Positions 19,446 through 26,873 of a stretch of 32,817 bases of DNA are shown here, in pieces. The notes under the pieces are model-generated. The model saw only the letters and a program-made list of their open reading frames with translations, was not told where the DNA came from and made no database searches. How positions within the stretch are numbered: the stretch's first letter is position 1; the number at the start of each line of letters is the position of its first letter. Where the stretch lies: contig DUPI01000008.1 in the NCBI GenBank assembly GCA_012838395.1, positions 1 through 32,817 of the forward strand, written 5' to 3'. Both the position numbers and the translations under genes were made by a program. The DNA is from Mollicutes bacterium. GTDB taxonomy: Bacteria; Bacillota_I; Bacilli_A; RF39; UBA660.

Positions 19446-21425
19446 ATGAATAAAAAAACATTAAAAAAGGGCTTATACCCATATTTAATATTATTTTTAA
19501 TAATGATATCAATTATGTATATATTAGGTAAAGCTAATATCAAAGTGCATAAGTTAACATATGATTCTTTTATGGAGTATGTTAATAATGGAGAGGTTAA
19601 TGAAATTGCAATAGTACCTAGAAGTAGAGCGGGTATCTATGAAATAAAAGGAACATTAAAAAATTATGAAGAAAGTGAATCGTTTATTTTAAAAGTTCCA
19701 CTTTCAAATGAAGTGGTTTCTAAAATATTTAATGCAGAAGAAAAATATAACTTTAAGGTCGATACACAAGTCGACCCAGAATCCGGAACTTTTCTATTGT
19801 TTGTAATTAATATATTACCAATGTTATTATTAATTGGTTTTGCCTTTGCTTTTATTAGAAAACAAGTTGGCACTGCTAATAGTTCAATGGATTTTGGAAA
19901 AAGTCGCGCTAAATTAAATCCTGATTCAAATAAGATTAATTTTGATAATGTGGCAGGATTAACTGAAGAAAAAGAAGAAGTATCAGAATTAATTGATTTT
20001 TTAAAAAATCCAAAAAAATTCCAAAGATTAGGTGCCAGAATACCCAAAGGGGTTTTATTAGTTGGGCCACCGGGAACTGGTAAGACGTTATTAGCTAGAG
20101 CGGTTGCTGGTGAGGCTAGTGTGCCTTTCTACTATATAAGTGGTTCAGATTTTGTAGAATTATTTGTTGGTGTTGGTGCAAGTCGAGTTAGAGATATGTT
20201 TAAACAGGCTAAACACAACGCACCTTGTTTGATATTTATTGATGAAATAGATGCAGTGGGCCGTCAGCGTGGAGCTGGTTTAGGGGGCGGTCACGATGAA
20301 AGGGAACAAACCTTAAATCAATTACTAACAGAAATGGATGGTTTTGGTGCTAATGAAGGAATTATAATTATTGCGGCTACAAATCGTCCTGATGTTTTGG
20401 ATCCTGCTTTATTAAGACCTGGTCGCTTTGATCGTCAGGTTACAGTAAATTTACCTGATGCTAAAGGTAGAGAAGAAATACTGGGAGTTCATGCGCGTGG
20501 GAAAACATTTGCCAAAGGCGTGAAACTTTCTAATATAGCAAAAAGAACAGTTGGTTTTAGTGGTGCTGATCTTGAAAATTTATTGAATGAAGCTGCATTA
20601 TTGGCAGTACGTCGTGATAAAGAATTTATTACAATGGAAGAAATTGATGAAGCTCACGATCGTGTACTGATGGGACCTGCTAAAAAATCCAAAAAATATA
20701 CAGAAAATGAAAAAAAATTGGTTGCATACCATGAAGCTGGACATGTAGTTTTAGGCTTGAAATTAAATGATGCTAATATTGTTCAAAAGGTAACTATTAT
20801 TCCGAGAAGTTATGCTGGGGGATATGCGTTAATGTTACCCAAAGAAGAAAGATACACAGCTACTAAAAAGGAATTACTTGAACGAATTGCTGGATTACTT
20901 GGCGGACGTGTGTCAGAAGAAATAGTATTTAATGAAATAACAACTGGGGCTCATAATGATTTCGAACAAGCAACTAAAATAGCGCGTGCAATGGTTACGG
21001 AATATGGTATGAGTAGTTTGGGTCCAGTTCAATTTGAACATCAAGAGTCAAGTGTTTTCTTAGGAAGAGATTATAATAAAAGTCGTAATTTTTCAAGCCA
21101 AGTAGCATACCAAATAGATGAGGAAGTAAGAAAGATTATTAGTGAGCAATATGAAGTTGCCAAAAATATTATAAAAGAAAATATTGATTTACTTGAATTA
21201 ATTGCTGAAACACTAATTGAAAGAGAAACCTTAACAAAAGAACAAATTGAGTATTTGGTAGAACATGGTGTAATGGATGATGAAACAGAAAATAGCGATG
21301 AAAATTTAGAAAATTTAACTGTTGTTGAATTAAAAGAATTAGCAAAAGAAAAAAACATAACAGGTTATACAAAACTAAATAAACAAGAATTAATTGATGT
21401 TTTAAATGGTGCTAATGAAGAGTGA
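19446..21425 (+). CDS. ftsH: ATP-dependent zinc metalloprotease FtsH with a C-terminal HeH/Rho_N-like extension
   Basis: Walker A GPPGTGKT, Walker B IFIDEID, SRH ([18 protein letters not shown]), and zinc site HEAGH. The extra tail is [30 protein letters not shown]. Confidence 0.95.
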   Translation: MNKKTLKKGLYPYLILFLIMISIMYILGKANIKVHKLTYDSFMEYVNNGEVNEIAIVPRSRAGIYEIKGTLKNYEESESFILKVPLSNEVVSKIFNAEEKYNFKVDTQVDPESGTFLLFVINILPMLLLIGFAFAFIRKQVGTANSSMDFGKSRAKLNPDSNKINFDNVAGLTEEKEEVSELIDFLKNPKKFQRLGARIPKGVLLVGPPGTGKTLLARAVAGEASVPFYYISGSDFVELFVGVGASRVRDMFKQAKHNAPCLIFIDEIDAVGRQRGAGLGGGHDEREQTLNQLLTEMDGFGANEGIIIIAATNRPDVLDPALLRPGRFDRQVTVNLPDAKGREEILGVHARGKTFAKGVKLSNIAKRTVGFSGADLENLLNEAALLAVRRDKEFITMEEIDEAHDRVLMGPAKKSKKYTENEKKLVAYHEAGHVVLGLKLNDANIVQKVTIIPRSYAGGYALMLPKEERYTATKKELLERIAGLLGGRVSEEIVFNEITTGAHNDFEQATKIARAMVTEYGMSSLGPVQFEHQESSVFLGRDYNKSRNFSSQVAYQIDEEVRKIISEQYEVAKNIIKENIDLLELIAETLIERETLTKEQIEYLVEHGVMDDETENSDENLENLTVVELKELAKEKNITGYTKLNKQELIDVLNGANEE

Positions 21426-21470
21426 TTATCAATCTTTTTTTAGATATTATATTAAAACTATCAAAAATAA

Positions 21471-21499
21471 TTGCAAATATTGATTTATTTGGTTATAAT
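21471..21499 (+). promoter_or_regulatory. sigma-A-type promoter
   Basis: TTGCAA (21471-21476), 17-nt spacer, TATAAT (21494-21499). Lies upstream of the AGGAGG RBS and the ATG at 21528. Confidence 0.6.
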
Positions 21500-21527
21500 A
21501 AGTATAAAGAATAAAAGGAGGAATAAA

Positions 21528-22259
21528 ATGGAAAACGTAAATGTAGTTAATATTAATAATGAATTGTTAAATATTAATGTTATTCGTTATTTTGAAATGG
21601 ATAATGATAGATATCTAATTTATTCATTAAATGAAATTGATGAACAAAATTATGTGAAGCTATATGCTATAAAAGTTGAAGATAGAGATGGTAATCTAGT
21701 TGGTTTTAAAATTGAGGATGAAAACACCTGGGCATCTATAAAAGAACTAATCAAAGTTATTGTTAGAGGAAATAAAAATGGAATTGCTGAAGTTTCTGAT
21801 TTAAATTATAAAGAGTTAGAAGCGTTAAGACTAAGTGACAGTCGTGTTTTTAAATTATCTAATCCACTAGCTGAGTTATTATCTGCTAATAAAAAGACTT
21901 TTTTAGAGTCTCAAGTAGAGATGGAATCTCAAATAGAAATAGAACCTCAAATAGAAATAGAAGCTCAAAAAGAAATAGAACCTCAAATAGAAATAGAAGC
22001 TCAAGTAGAAATAGAACCTCAAGTAGAACTTGAGCCACTGGTTGTCGGACCAACTCCTGAGCTTAATGTCGAACCAGAATCACTGGTTACACAAGAAAAT
22101 GAGGAACCGAGCTTAGAAGCAACCCCTGAGGATACAACGCCAGAAGTTTCTCAATCAAATGCCGAAGTTGATTATTATAAAAATTTATATCAACAAGAAA
22201 AAACTAAAAACGAAGAATTAAGTAACAAGTTAAACGAAATTAAAAAACTTTTAGATTAA
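21528..22259 (+). CDS. Hypothetical acidic repeat protein (DUF1292-like N-terminal region, xQ[IV]E[IM]E hexapeptide repeats, coiled-coil tail)
   Basis: AAAAGGAGG RBS before the ATG at 21528; the track's TTG at 21471 coincides with the promoter -35. The N-terminal pattern DRYLIYSLNEIDEQNYVKLYAIKVEDRDGNLVGFKIEDENTWASIKELI loosely resembles the YrzB/DUF1292 family (from memory; weak). Confidence 0.6.
   Translation: MENVNVVNINNELLNINVIRYFEMDNDRYLIYSLNEIDEQNYVKLYAIKVEDRDGNLVGFKIEDENTWASIKELIKVIVRGNKNGIAEVSDLNYKELEALRLSDSRVFKLSNPLAELLSANKKTFLESQVEMESQIEIEPQIEIEAQKEIEPQIEIEAQVEIEPQVELEPLVVGPTPELNVEPESLVTQENEEPSLEATPEDTTPEVSQSNAEVDYYKNLYQQEKTKNEELSNKLNEIKKLLD
21909..22034 (+). repeat. In-frame tandem repeat, 18 nt x 7 (36-nt super-unit)
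   Basis: The units are TCTCAAGTAGAGATGGAA, TCTCAAATAGAAATAGAA, CCTCAAATAGAAATAGAA, GCTCAAAAAGAAATAGAA, CCTCAAATAGAAATAGAA, GCTCAAGTAGAAATAGAA and CCTCAAGTAGAACTTGAG. They encode SQVEME SQIEIE PQIEIE AQKEIE PQIEIE AQVEIE PQVELE. Confidence 0.9.
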
Positions 22260-22261
22260 AT

Positions 22262-22294
22262 AAAAAAATAGAATTGTTAATCAATTCTATTTTT
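22262..22294. terminator. Bidirectional intrinsic terminator between convergent genes
   Basis: Stem AATAGAATTG (22267-22276) / CAATTCTATT (22282-22291), 5-nt loop, A-run on the left and T-run on the right. The loop and 3' arm overlap the last codons of the - strand gene. Confidence 0.65.
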
Positions 22295-22762
22295 GTGTGC
22301 TAATCTACTTGCAGCCGAGGACGAAATCGCACAGATTATATCGTCTAGAAAGGTATGGCATTGTTTGTTATCTTTGCCTAATTTATCTAATTTTCCAATA
22401 ATACCTGGCTTGGTTTTGTCTAGGTGACCAAAGTTGGTAAATGCTATTGAACCATAAATATTAACAATACTAAGTGGCAGAATTTCATCAATACCATATA
22501 AAGAATCATCAACTTTGATTATACTGTTTATAGGCTCACTTAATAAATTTTTTTCGACAGCTTCGTCAATAGCAATGCCAGTTAAAACAGCATGTATTAC
22601 TTCCCTTTTTTCGATTATACTATCAATTGTGTTAATGCAATCATCCACAGTTAGATCTTGGATGTGTTTTTTTTGTAGTTCAAAAACAATGTCAGCGATA
22701 TCGGTAATTTCTACACCTCGCTCTTTTAGTTTTTGAATTGCTAATTCTTTTAATTTCATCAT
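22277..22762 (-). CDS. yutG: Phosphatidylglycerophosphatase A family protein (YutG-like)
   Basis: MMKLKELAIQKLKERGVEITDIADIV...REVIHAVLTGIAIDEAVEKNLLSEPINSII...YGIDEILPLSIVNIYGSIAFTNFG...CHTFLDDIICAISSSAASRLAH is colinear with B. subtilis YutG as I recall it. GGAGG lies 6 nt upstream of the ATG at 22762. The track's 22873 start adds 37 residues that run through the divergent promoter region. Confidence 0.75.
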   Translation of the reverse strand: MMKLKELAIQKLKERGVEITDIADIVFELQKKHIQDLTVDDCINTIDSIIEKREVIHAVLTGIAIDEAVEKNLLSEPINSIIKVDDSLYGIDEILPLSIVNIYGSIAFTNFGHLDKTKPGIIGKLDKLGKDNKQCHTFLDDIICAISSSAASRLAHKNRID

Positions 22763-22819
22763 TTTAATCCTCCAATCATAAAATAACAAAAAAATCATAA
22801 AATTAGGTGAGGTGAATAT

Positions 22820-23725
22820 ATGAAAAATATAATTAGTTATTTTTATAATCTTGAACCAAATAATATTCACCAATATGAAAAGAAATTGAAATTTAGTGTT
22901 GATAATAATAATTATGTATTTTTACCATGTTATCACACGGAAAAAGAAATAAAAGATTTGCAATCGTTATCTACAACTTTATTATCTAAAGGTGTATATT
23001 GTCATCAATTTATCCTTAATGTGAACTCAACAATAATAACTATGGTGAACAATGTTCCATATGTATTGTTATTGGTGTATATTAATGATAATCGTCTTAT
23101 ATCTTTTGATGATTTAATATGGTTTACTAATATTGATAATTTGCCAGTTGTTGAAAGTTTAAAAAGGGATAATTGGTTTTCCTTGTGGACTGAAAAAATT
23201 GATTATTTTGAATATCAGGTTAGTCAGTTCGGAAAAAAATTCCCTTTATTACGTGAAAGTTTTAGTTATTTTGTAGGAATGGCAGAAACCAGTATAAGTT
23301 TTTTAAAAAACATCAATACTAATTATAATCCTACCTTATCATTATAGCATGGTAGAATGAAAAAAAATCATACCCTATTTGACTTGTATAATCCATTAAA
23401 TTTTATTGTGGATAGTAAAATCAGGAATATTTGCGAGTATTTTAAAGATTGTTTTTTTAAAGATAATGATTTAACTATAGACCTGTTTAATTATATTTCA
23501 TATAATAACTTAACGACCTCTGATTCCTTATCGTTATATGCAAGAATGCTTTTTCCTACTTTTTATTTTGACATATATGAATTAATTGTTCACGGAAATT
23601 TAGAGGAAAAGGAAGTTCTTAAGATAATTCAAAAAACAAATGATTATCAGTTGTTTTTAAAACAATTACATAATTATTTAAAGCAATATATTGCAATTCC
23701 AAATATTGAGTGGATAAATAAATAA
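22820..23725 (+). pseudogene. yutH: CotS/YutH-like (kinase-fold spore-coat family) gene interrupted by a single in-frame TAG
   Basis: ORFs 22820..23347 and 23357..23725 are in the same frame and separated only by TAG (23345-23347) plus three sense codons: ...NYNPTLSL*HGRMKKNHTLFDLYNPLNFIVDS... Divergent pairing with yutG matches B. subtilis yutG/yutH. The expected HxDxxxxN catalytic loop reads HGRMKKNH. Confidence 0.5.
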
Positions 23726-23727
23726 AA

Positions 23728-23958
23728 TTAATTAATGTTTACAACTTCGTTTATTTCAGGAATTTCATTTTTAATTGCAGTTTCAATTACTTCCTTTAAA
23801 GTAATATCTACCATTTGACAAGTTGAACAAGCACCTAATAGTTTGATATAAACAATATTATTTTCAAGTTTAATAAATTTAATATCGCCACCATCACTTA
23901 TTAAAAAAGGTCTTAACTCATCAATTATATTAATAATTTTATTTTCAATTTCAGTCAT
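23728..23958 (-). CDS. NifU C-terminal-domain (Nfu-type) iron-sulfur cluster scaffold/carrier protein
   Basis: ELRPFLISDGGDIKFIKLENNIVYIKLLGACSTCQMVDITLKEVIE carries the CxxC motif. The ATG at 23958 has an AGGAGG 5 nt upstream. The track's GTG at 23964 sits inside the RBS. Confidence 0.8.
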   Translation of the reverse strand: MTEIENKIINIIDELRPFLISDGGDIKFIKLENNIVYIKLLGACSTCQMVDITLKEVIETAIKNEIPEINEVVNIN

Positions 23959-24055
23959 GTGCACCTCCTAATTCATTATATATTATTCTTTAGGTATAGT
24001 AAATAGTTTTCTAATTAATAAATTTTTATGCTATAATTAAATTAGAGGTGTAATA

Positions 24056-24424
24056 ATGACGAAATATAAGAAAGGGAAAATAGTAAAAGGTACTGTAACG
24101 GGAATTGAATCATATGGTATATTTGTGTCATTGGATGAATTTTACAGTGGTTTGATACATATTTCTGAAATATCCCATAATTATGTAAAAAACATTACCG
24201 ATTTTGTGAATATTAGTGATATAATATATGTAGAGATTCTTGATGTTGATGAAAAATTATCCCAACTAAAACTTAGTATTAAAAATATTAATTATAAAAA
24301 AAATATTAATTATAAAAAGGCCAAAATAAGAGAAACTAGTTCAGGGTTTGAGACATTAAAAATAAAGCTTCCAGGTTGGATAAAAGAAAATATAAGAAAA
24401 AGGCCCAAAAATATTGACAAATAA
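24056..24424 (+). CDS. S1-domain RNA-binding protein (YabR / general stress protein 13-like)
   Basis: KGKIVKGTVTGIESYGIFVSLDEFYSGLIHISEISHNYVKNITDFVNISDIIYVEILDVDEKLSQLKLSIK is a canonical S1 OB-fold. An extended -10 TGcTATAAT lies at 24029-24037. Confidence 0.8.
   Translation: MTKYKKGKIVKGTVTGIESYGIFVSLDEFYSGLIHISEISHNYVKNITDFVNISDIIYVEILDVDEKLSQLKLSIKNINYKKNINYKKAKIRETSSGFETLKIKLPGWIKENIRKRPKNIDK
24284..24319 (+). repeat. 18-nt tandem duplication inside the S1-domain gene
   Basis: AATATTAATTATAAAAAA followed by AATATTAATTATAAAAAG (17/18 identical). It is in frame and gives NINYKK-NINYKK. Confidence 0.85.
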
Positions 24425-24442
24425 ATATATAAATGATATATT
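24414..24442 (+). promoter_or_regulatory. sigma-A-type promoter of the tRNA array
   Basis: TTGACA (24414-24419), 17-nt spacer, TATATT (24437-24442), about 20 nt upstream of tRNA-Val. The -35 lies in the last codons of the S1-domain gene. Confidence 0.6.
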
Positions 24443-24462
24443 AAATTACGTCCAGAGGTTTT

Positions 24463-24539
24463 GGGTGATTAGCTCAGTTGGTTAGAGCACCTGCCTTACA
24501 AGCAGGGGGTCGTAGGTTCGAGTCCTACATCGCCCACCA
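24463..24539 (+). tRNA. tRNA-Val (anticodon TAC)
   Basis: Cloverleaf by eye. Acceptor GGGTGAT/ATCGCCC, anticodon loop CT-TAC-AA, T-arm GGTTCGAGTCC, encoded CCA. Confidence 0.9.
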
Positions 24540-24540
24540 T

Positions 24541-24617
<77 letters not shown>

Positions 24618-24620
24618 TGT

Positions 24621-24704
24621 GGAGGGATAGCGAAGTGGTCAAACGCGGCAGACTGTAAATCTGTTCCTTCGGGTTCGATGGTTCAAATCCATCTCTCTCC
24701 ACCA
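24621..24704 (+). tRNA. tRNA-Tyr (anticodon GTA)
   Basis: Acceptor GGAGGGA/TCTCTCC, loop CT-GTA-AA, long variable arm (class II), encoded CCA. Confidence 0.9.
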
Positions 24705-24719
24705 TTAAAATTGTTACCT

Positions 24720-24794
24720 TGCCTCGTAGCCAAGTGGTAAGGCACCACACTTTGACTGTGGCATGCGCTAGTTCGAATCTAGCCGAGGCAGCCA
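24720..24794 (+). tRNA. tRNA-Gln (anticodon TTG)
   Basis: U1:A72 acceptor TGCCTCG/CGAGGCA, anticodon stem CCACA/TGTGG with loop CT-TTG-AC, encoded CCA. Confidence 0.9.
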
Positions 24795-24801
24795 TTTTTA
24801 T

Positions 24802-24877
24802 GTCCCGTTAGCTCAGTCGGTAGAGCATTTGACTTTTAATCAAAGGGTCACAAGTTCGATTCTTGTACGGGACACCA
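24802..24877 (+). tRNA. tRNA-Lys (anticodon TTT)
   Basis: Acceptor GTCCCGT/ACGGGAC, anticodon stem TTTGA/TCAAA with loop CT-TTT-AA, encoded CCA. Confidence 0.9.
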
Positions 24878-24885
24878 TCTTATTT

Positions 24886-24974
24886 GCCTGAGTGGCGGAA
24901 TAGGTAGACGCACAGGACTTAAAATCCTGCGAGATTCAACTCTCGTGCCGGTTCAATTCCGGCCTTAGGCACCA
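24886..24974 (+). tRNA. tRNA-Leu (anticodon TAA)
   Basis: Acceptor GCCTGAG/CTTAGGC, anticodon stem CAGGA/TCCTG with loop CT-TAA-AA, long variable arm, encoded CCA. Confidence 0.9.
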
Positions 24975-25002
24975 TTTAAATATTTGCTAAATTTAAAATT
25001 AC

Positions 25003-25093
25003 GGAGAAATACCCAAGTCTGGTTGAAGGGACCGGTCTTGAAAACCGGGAGGTCGGAAACGGCGCGGGGGTTCGAATCCCTCTTTCTCCGCCA
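25003..25093 (+). tRNA. tRNA-Ser (anticodon TGA)
   Basis: Acceptor GGAGAAA/TTTCTCC, anticodon stem CCGGT/ACCGG with loop CT-TGA-AA, long variable arm, encoded CCA. Confidence 0.9.
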
Positions 25094-25110
25094 TTTAAAA
25101 TTTAAAACAT

Positions 25111-25187
<77 letters not shown>

Positions 25188-25188
25188 T

Positions 25189-25264
25189 GGTCCCGTGGTG
25201 TAGCGGTTAACATGTCTGCCTGTCACGCAGAAGATCGCGAGTTCGATTCTCGTCGGGACCGCCA
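25189..25264 (+). tRNA. tRNA-Asp (anticodon GTC)
   Basis: Acceptor GGTCCCG/CGGGACC, loop CT-GTC-AC, encoded CCA. Confidence 0.9.
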
Positions 25265-25267
25265 TGT

Positions 25268-25343
<76 letters not shown>

Positions 25344-25369
25344 TTTTATTTTATTATGAAGATGAATCC

Positions 25370-25446
25370 GCGCCCGTAGATCAATTGGATAGATCGTTTG
25401 ACTACGGATCAAAAGGTTATGGGTTCGACTCCTATCGGGCGCGCCA
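25370..25446 (+). tRNA. tRNA-Arg (anticodon ACG; the substrate class of TadA)
   Basis: Acceptor GCGCCCG/CGGGCGC, anticodon stem TTTGA/TCAAA with loop CT-ACG-GA, encoded CCA. Confidence 0.9.
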
Positions 25447-25449
25447 TAC

Positions 25450-25526
25450 CGGGAAATAGCACAACTTGGTAGTGCACTTGGTTTGGGACCAAGGGGTTGC
25501 AGGTTCAAATCCTGTTTTCCCGACCA
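25450..25526 (+). tRNA. tRNA-Pro (anticodon TGG)
   Basis: Acceptor CGGGAAA/TTTCCCG, anticodon stem CTTGG/CCAAG with loop TT-TGG-GA, encoded CCA. Confidence 0.9.
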
Positions 25527-25531
25527 TTTAT

Positions 25532-25608
25532 GGGGAATTAGCTCAGTTGGCTAGAGCACCTGCCTTGCACGCAGGGGGTCAAGGGTTCGAGTCCCTTATT
25601 CTCCACCA
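25532..25608 (+). tRNA. tRNA-Ala (anticodon TGC)
   Basis: Acceptor GGGGAAT/ATTCTCC with the G3:U70 alanine identity pair, loop CT-TGC-AC, encoded CCA. Confidence 0.9.
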
Positions 25609-25667
25609 TAATTAAAAATTAAAGGTTTTTTATCAAAGTTTGCTAACTTGATAAGGATACTGTTTAA

Positions 25668-25695
25668 AAAGGATGATTAATATCATCCTTTTATA
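25668..25695 (+). terminator. Probable terminator of the tRNA array
   Basis: AAAGGATGA (25668-25676) / TCATCCTTT (25683-25691) with loop TTAATA. The U-tail is short (TTTTATAAT). Confidence 0.5.
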
Positions 25696-25793
25696 ATGCC
25701 TTAATATATTTTTCTTACCTATGAGCTAGCAACTTTCTTGTTTATAGTAATCGAATAGTATTCAATCATCGTGCCTCTCTATATAAAAATCAT

Positions 25794-25822
25794 TTGACAA
25801 AAAACGGTTGGTGCGATAATAT
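25794..25822 (+). promoter_or_regulatory. Near-consensus sigma-A promoter with no annotated gene downstream
   Basis: TTGACA (25794-25799), 17-nt spacer, TAATAT (25817-25822). An alternative reading is TGcGATAAT as an extended -10. Confidence 0.5.
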
Positions 25823-25957
25823 AAATAACTACAAAAAGGTGATTTATATGAGTGAGTATACTAAAATTAAGTGATTTTTATTGGACAATAGTTCAAAAGG
25901 CTGCGCATCAGAGTCAAAAATTTGAGTTCTTTGTTCTCCGCTATAATCAGAAATTTT

Positions 25958-25997
25958 AAACTTAAAGTATTACATAATTTACTTTAAGTTTTTTTTA
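25958..25997 (+). terminator. Strong intrinsic terminator closing the orphan unit
   Basis: 12-bp stem AAACTTAAAGTA (25958-25969) / TACTTTAAGTTT (25980-25991), 10-nt loop, then a T-run to 25996. Confidence 0.7.
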
Positions 25998-26100
25998 TAC
26001 AAAAAAATGTATTATAGTGTTAAACAACTTTATAAATATAATATATATTATGATTTTATTGTTTAAAATATAACTTGCTATGATAAATTTAAAAAAACAG

Positions 26101-26129
26101 TTGATTTTCAGCGCACGTTGTGGTAGTAT
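26101..26129 (+). promoter_or_regulatory. Candidate promoter of the agrA-agrC-like operon
   Basis: TTGATT (26101-26106), 17-nt spacer, TAGTAT (26124-26129). The LytTR-consensus nonamer ACAGTTGAT (26097-26105) overlaps the -35. Confidence 0.4.
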
Positions 26130-26169
26130 AAAAATGTAGTTTACGATAGGCAAACGCAAGGGTGATTAT

Positions 26170-26871
26170 ATGATTAATTTTATTTTGTGTGATGATAATA
26201 AAGAAATAGTTGATAAGGTTAGCCAAATTATAGATGAAGAAATGATGAAAAACAAAAATGAATATAAAAAGAATGTTTTTAATGATTACGATGCTAAATT
26301 TATAAAATTAGTGAAATCAAAATTACCTTGCAAAATATATATTTTAGATATAGAAACTCCGACTCATTCTGGAATAGATATAGCTCGTATGATTAGGGAA
26401 CATGATATGGAAAGTGTTATAATTTTTTTGACATCACACGACGAACTGGGTTATATAGTTTTGAAAAACGAATTTTTATTTTTATCTTTTATAAATAAGT
26501 ATGATGATTATCAAAACAGTTTGAAAAAATCAATTCGTAAGGCTTTGGAGATTATTGGTAAAAAACGAATCATTAGATTTGAAGATCGAGGTGCGATATA
26601 TACAATACCTATTAATGATATTTTATATATTACTCGTGATAATGTTGAGAGAAAGGTTGTTATAACTACTGATTACTCTAAATATAAGGTTAATAAAACT
26701 TTAATTGAAATGTTAGACTTGTTAGGTGATGTTTTTAAACAATCACATCGCTCGTGTATAGTGAACACTAATAGAGTTGCGGTTGTTAATGTGCCAAAGA
26801 AAAAAATAGTATTTGATAACGGTGTTGAAATCGATTGGTTAAGCTCTAAATACAAAAATGAGGTAATTTAA
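26170..26871 (+). CDS. agrA: LytTR-family response regulator (AgrA-like)
   Basis: Receiver domain with ILCDDN acidic pocket and the phospho-acceptor context YILDIETP. C-terminal LytTR domain (IPINDILYITRDNVERKVVITTD...FKQSHRSCIVNTNRV). AGGGTGA RBS. Confidence 0.85.
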   Translation: MINFILCDDNKEIVDKVSQIIDEEMMKNKNEYKKNVFNDYDAKFIKLVKSKLPCKIYILDIETPTHSGIDIARMIREHDMESVIIFLTSHDELGYIVLKNEFLFLSFINKYDDYQNSLKKSIRKALEIIGKKRIIRFEDRGAIYTIPINDILYITRDNVERKVVITTDYSKYKVNKTLIEMLDLLGDVFKQSHRSCIVNTNRVAVVNVPKKKIVFDNGVEIDWLSSKYKNEVI

Positions 26872-26873
26872 AA

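Noticed and set aside
21909-22034. Whether the regularly spaced repeats could be a CRISPR array.
   Set aside because: The units are 18 nt and directly abutting, with no spacers. They are in frame within a CDS and encode a hexapeptide repeat. No cas genes or leader are present.
25848-25874. An 8-codon mini-ORF (MSEYTKIK) with an AAGGTGA RBS inside the orphan transcript.
   Set aside because: It is too short and featureless to call a gene, with no Cys or hydrophobic signature of a signalling peptide or toxin. I kept it only as a descriptive element of the candidate sRNA finding.
26020-26066. The inverted repeat TTAAACAA (26020-26027) / TTGTTTAA (26059-26066), separated by about 30 nt upstream of agrA, as a possible operator or hairpin.
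   Set aside because: The arms are 8 bp of pure AT-rich sequence with a long spacer, which is easily produced by chance here. Only the right arm is reused, as weak supporting evidence in the LytTR-repeat finding.
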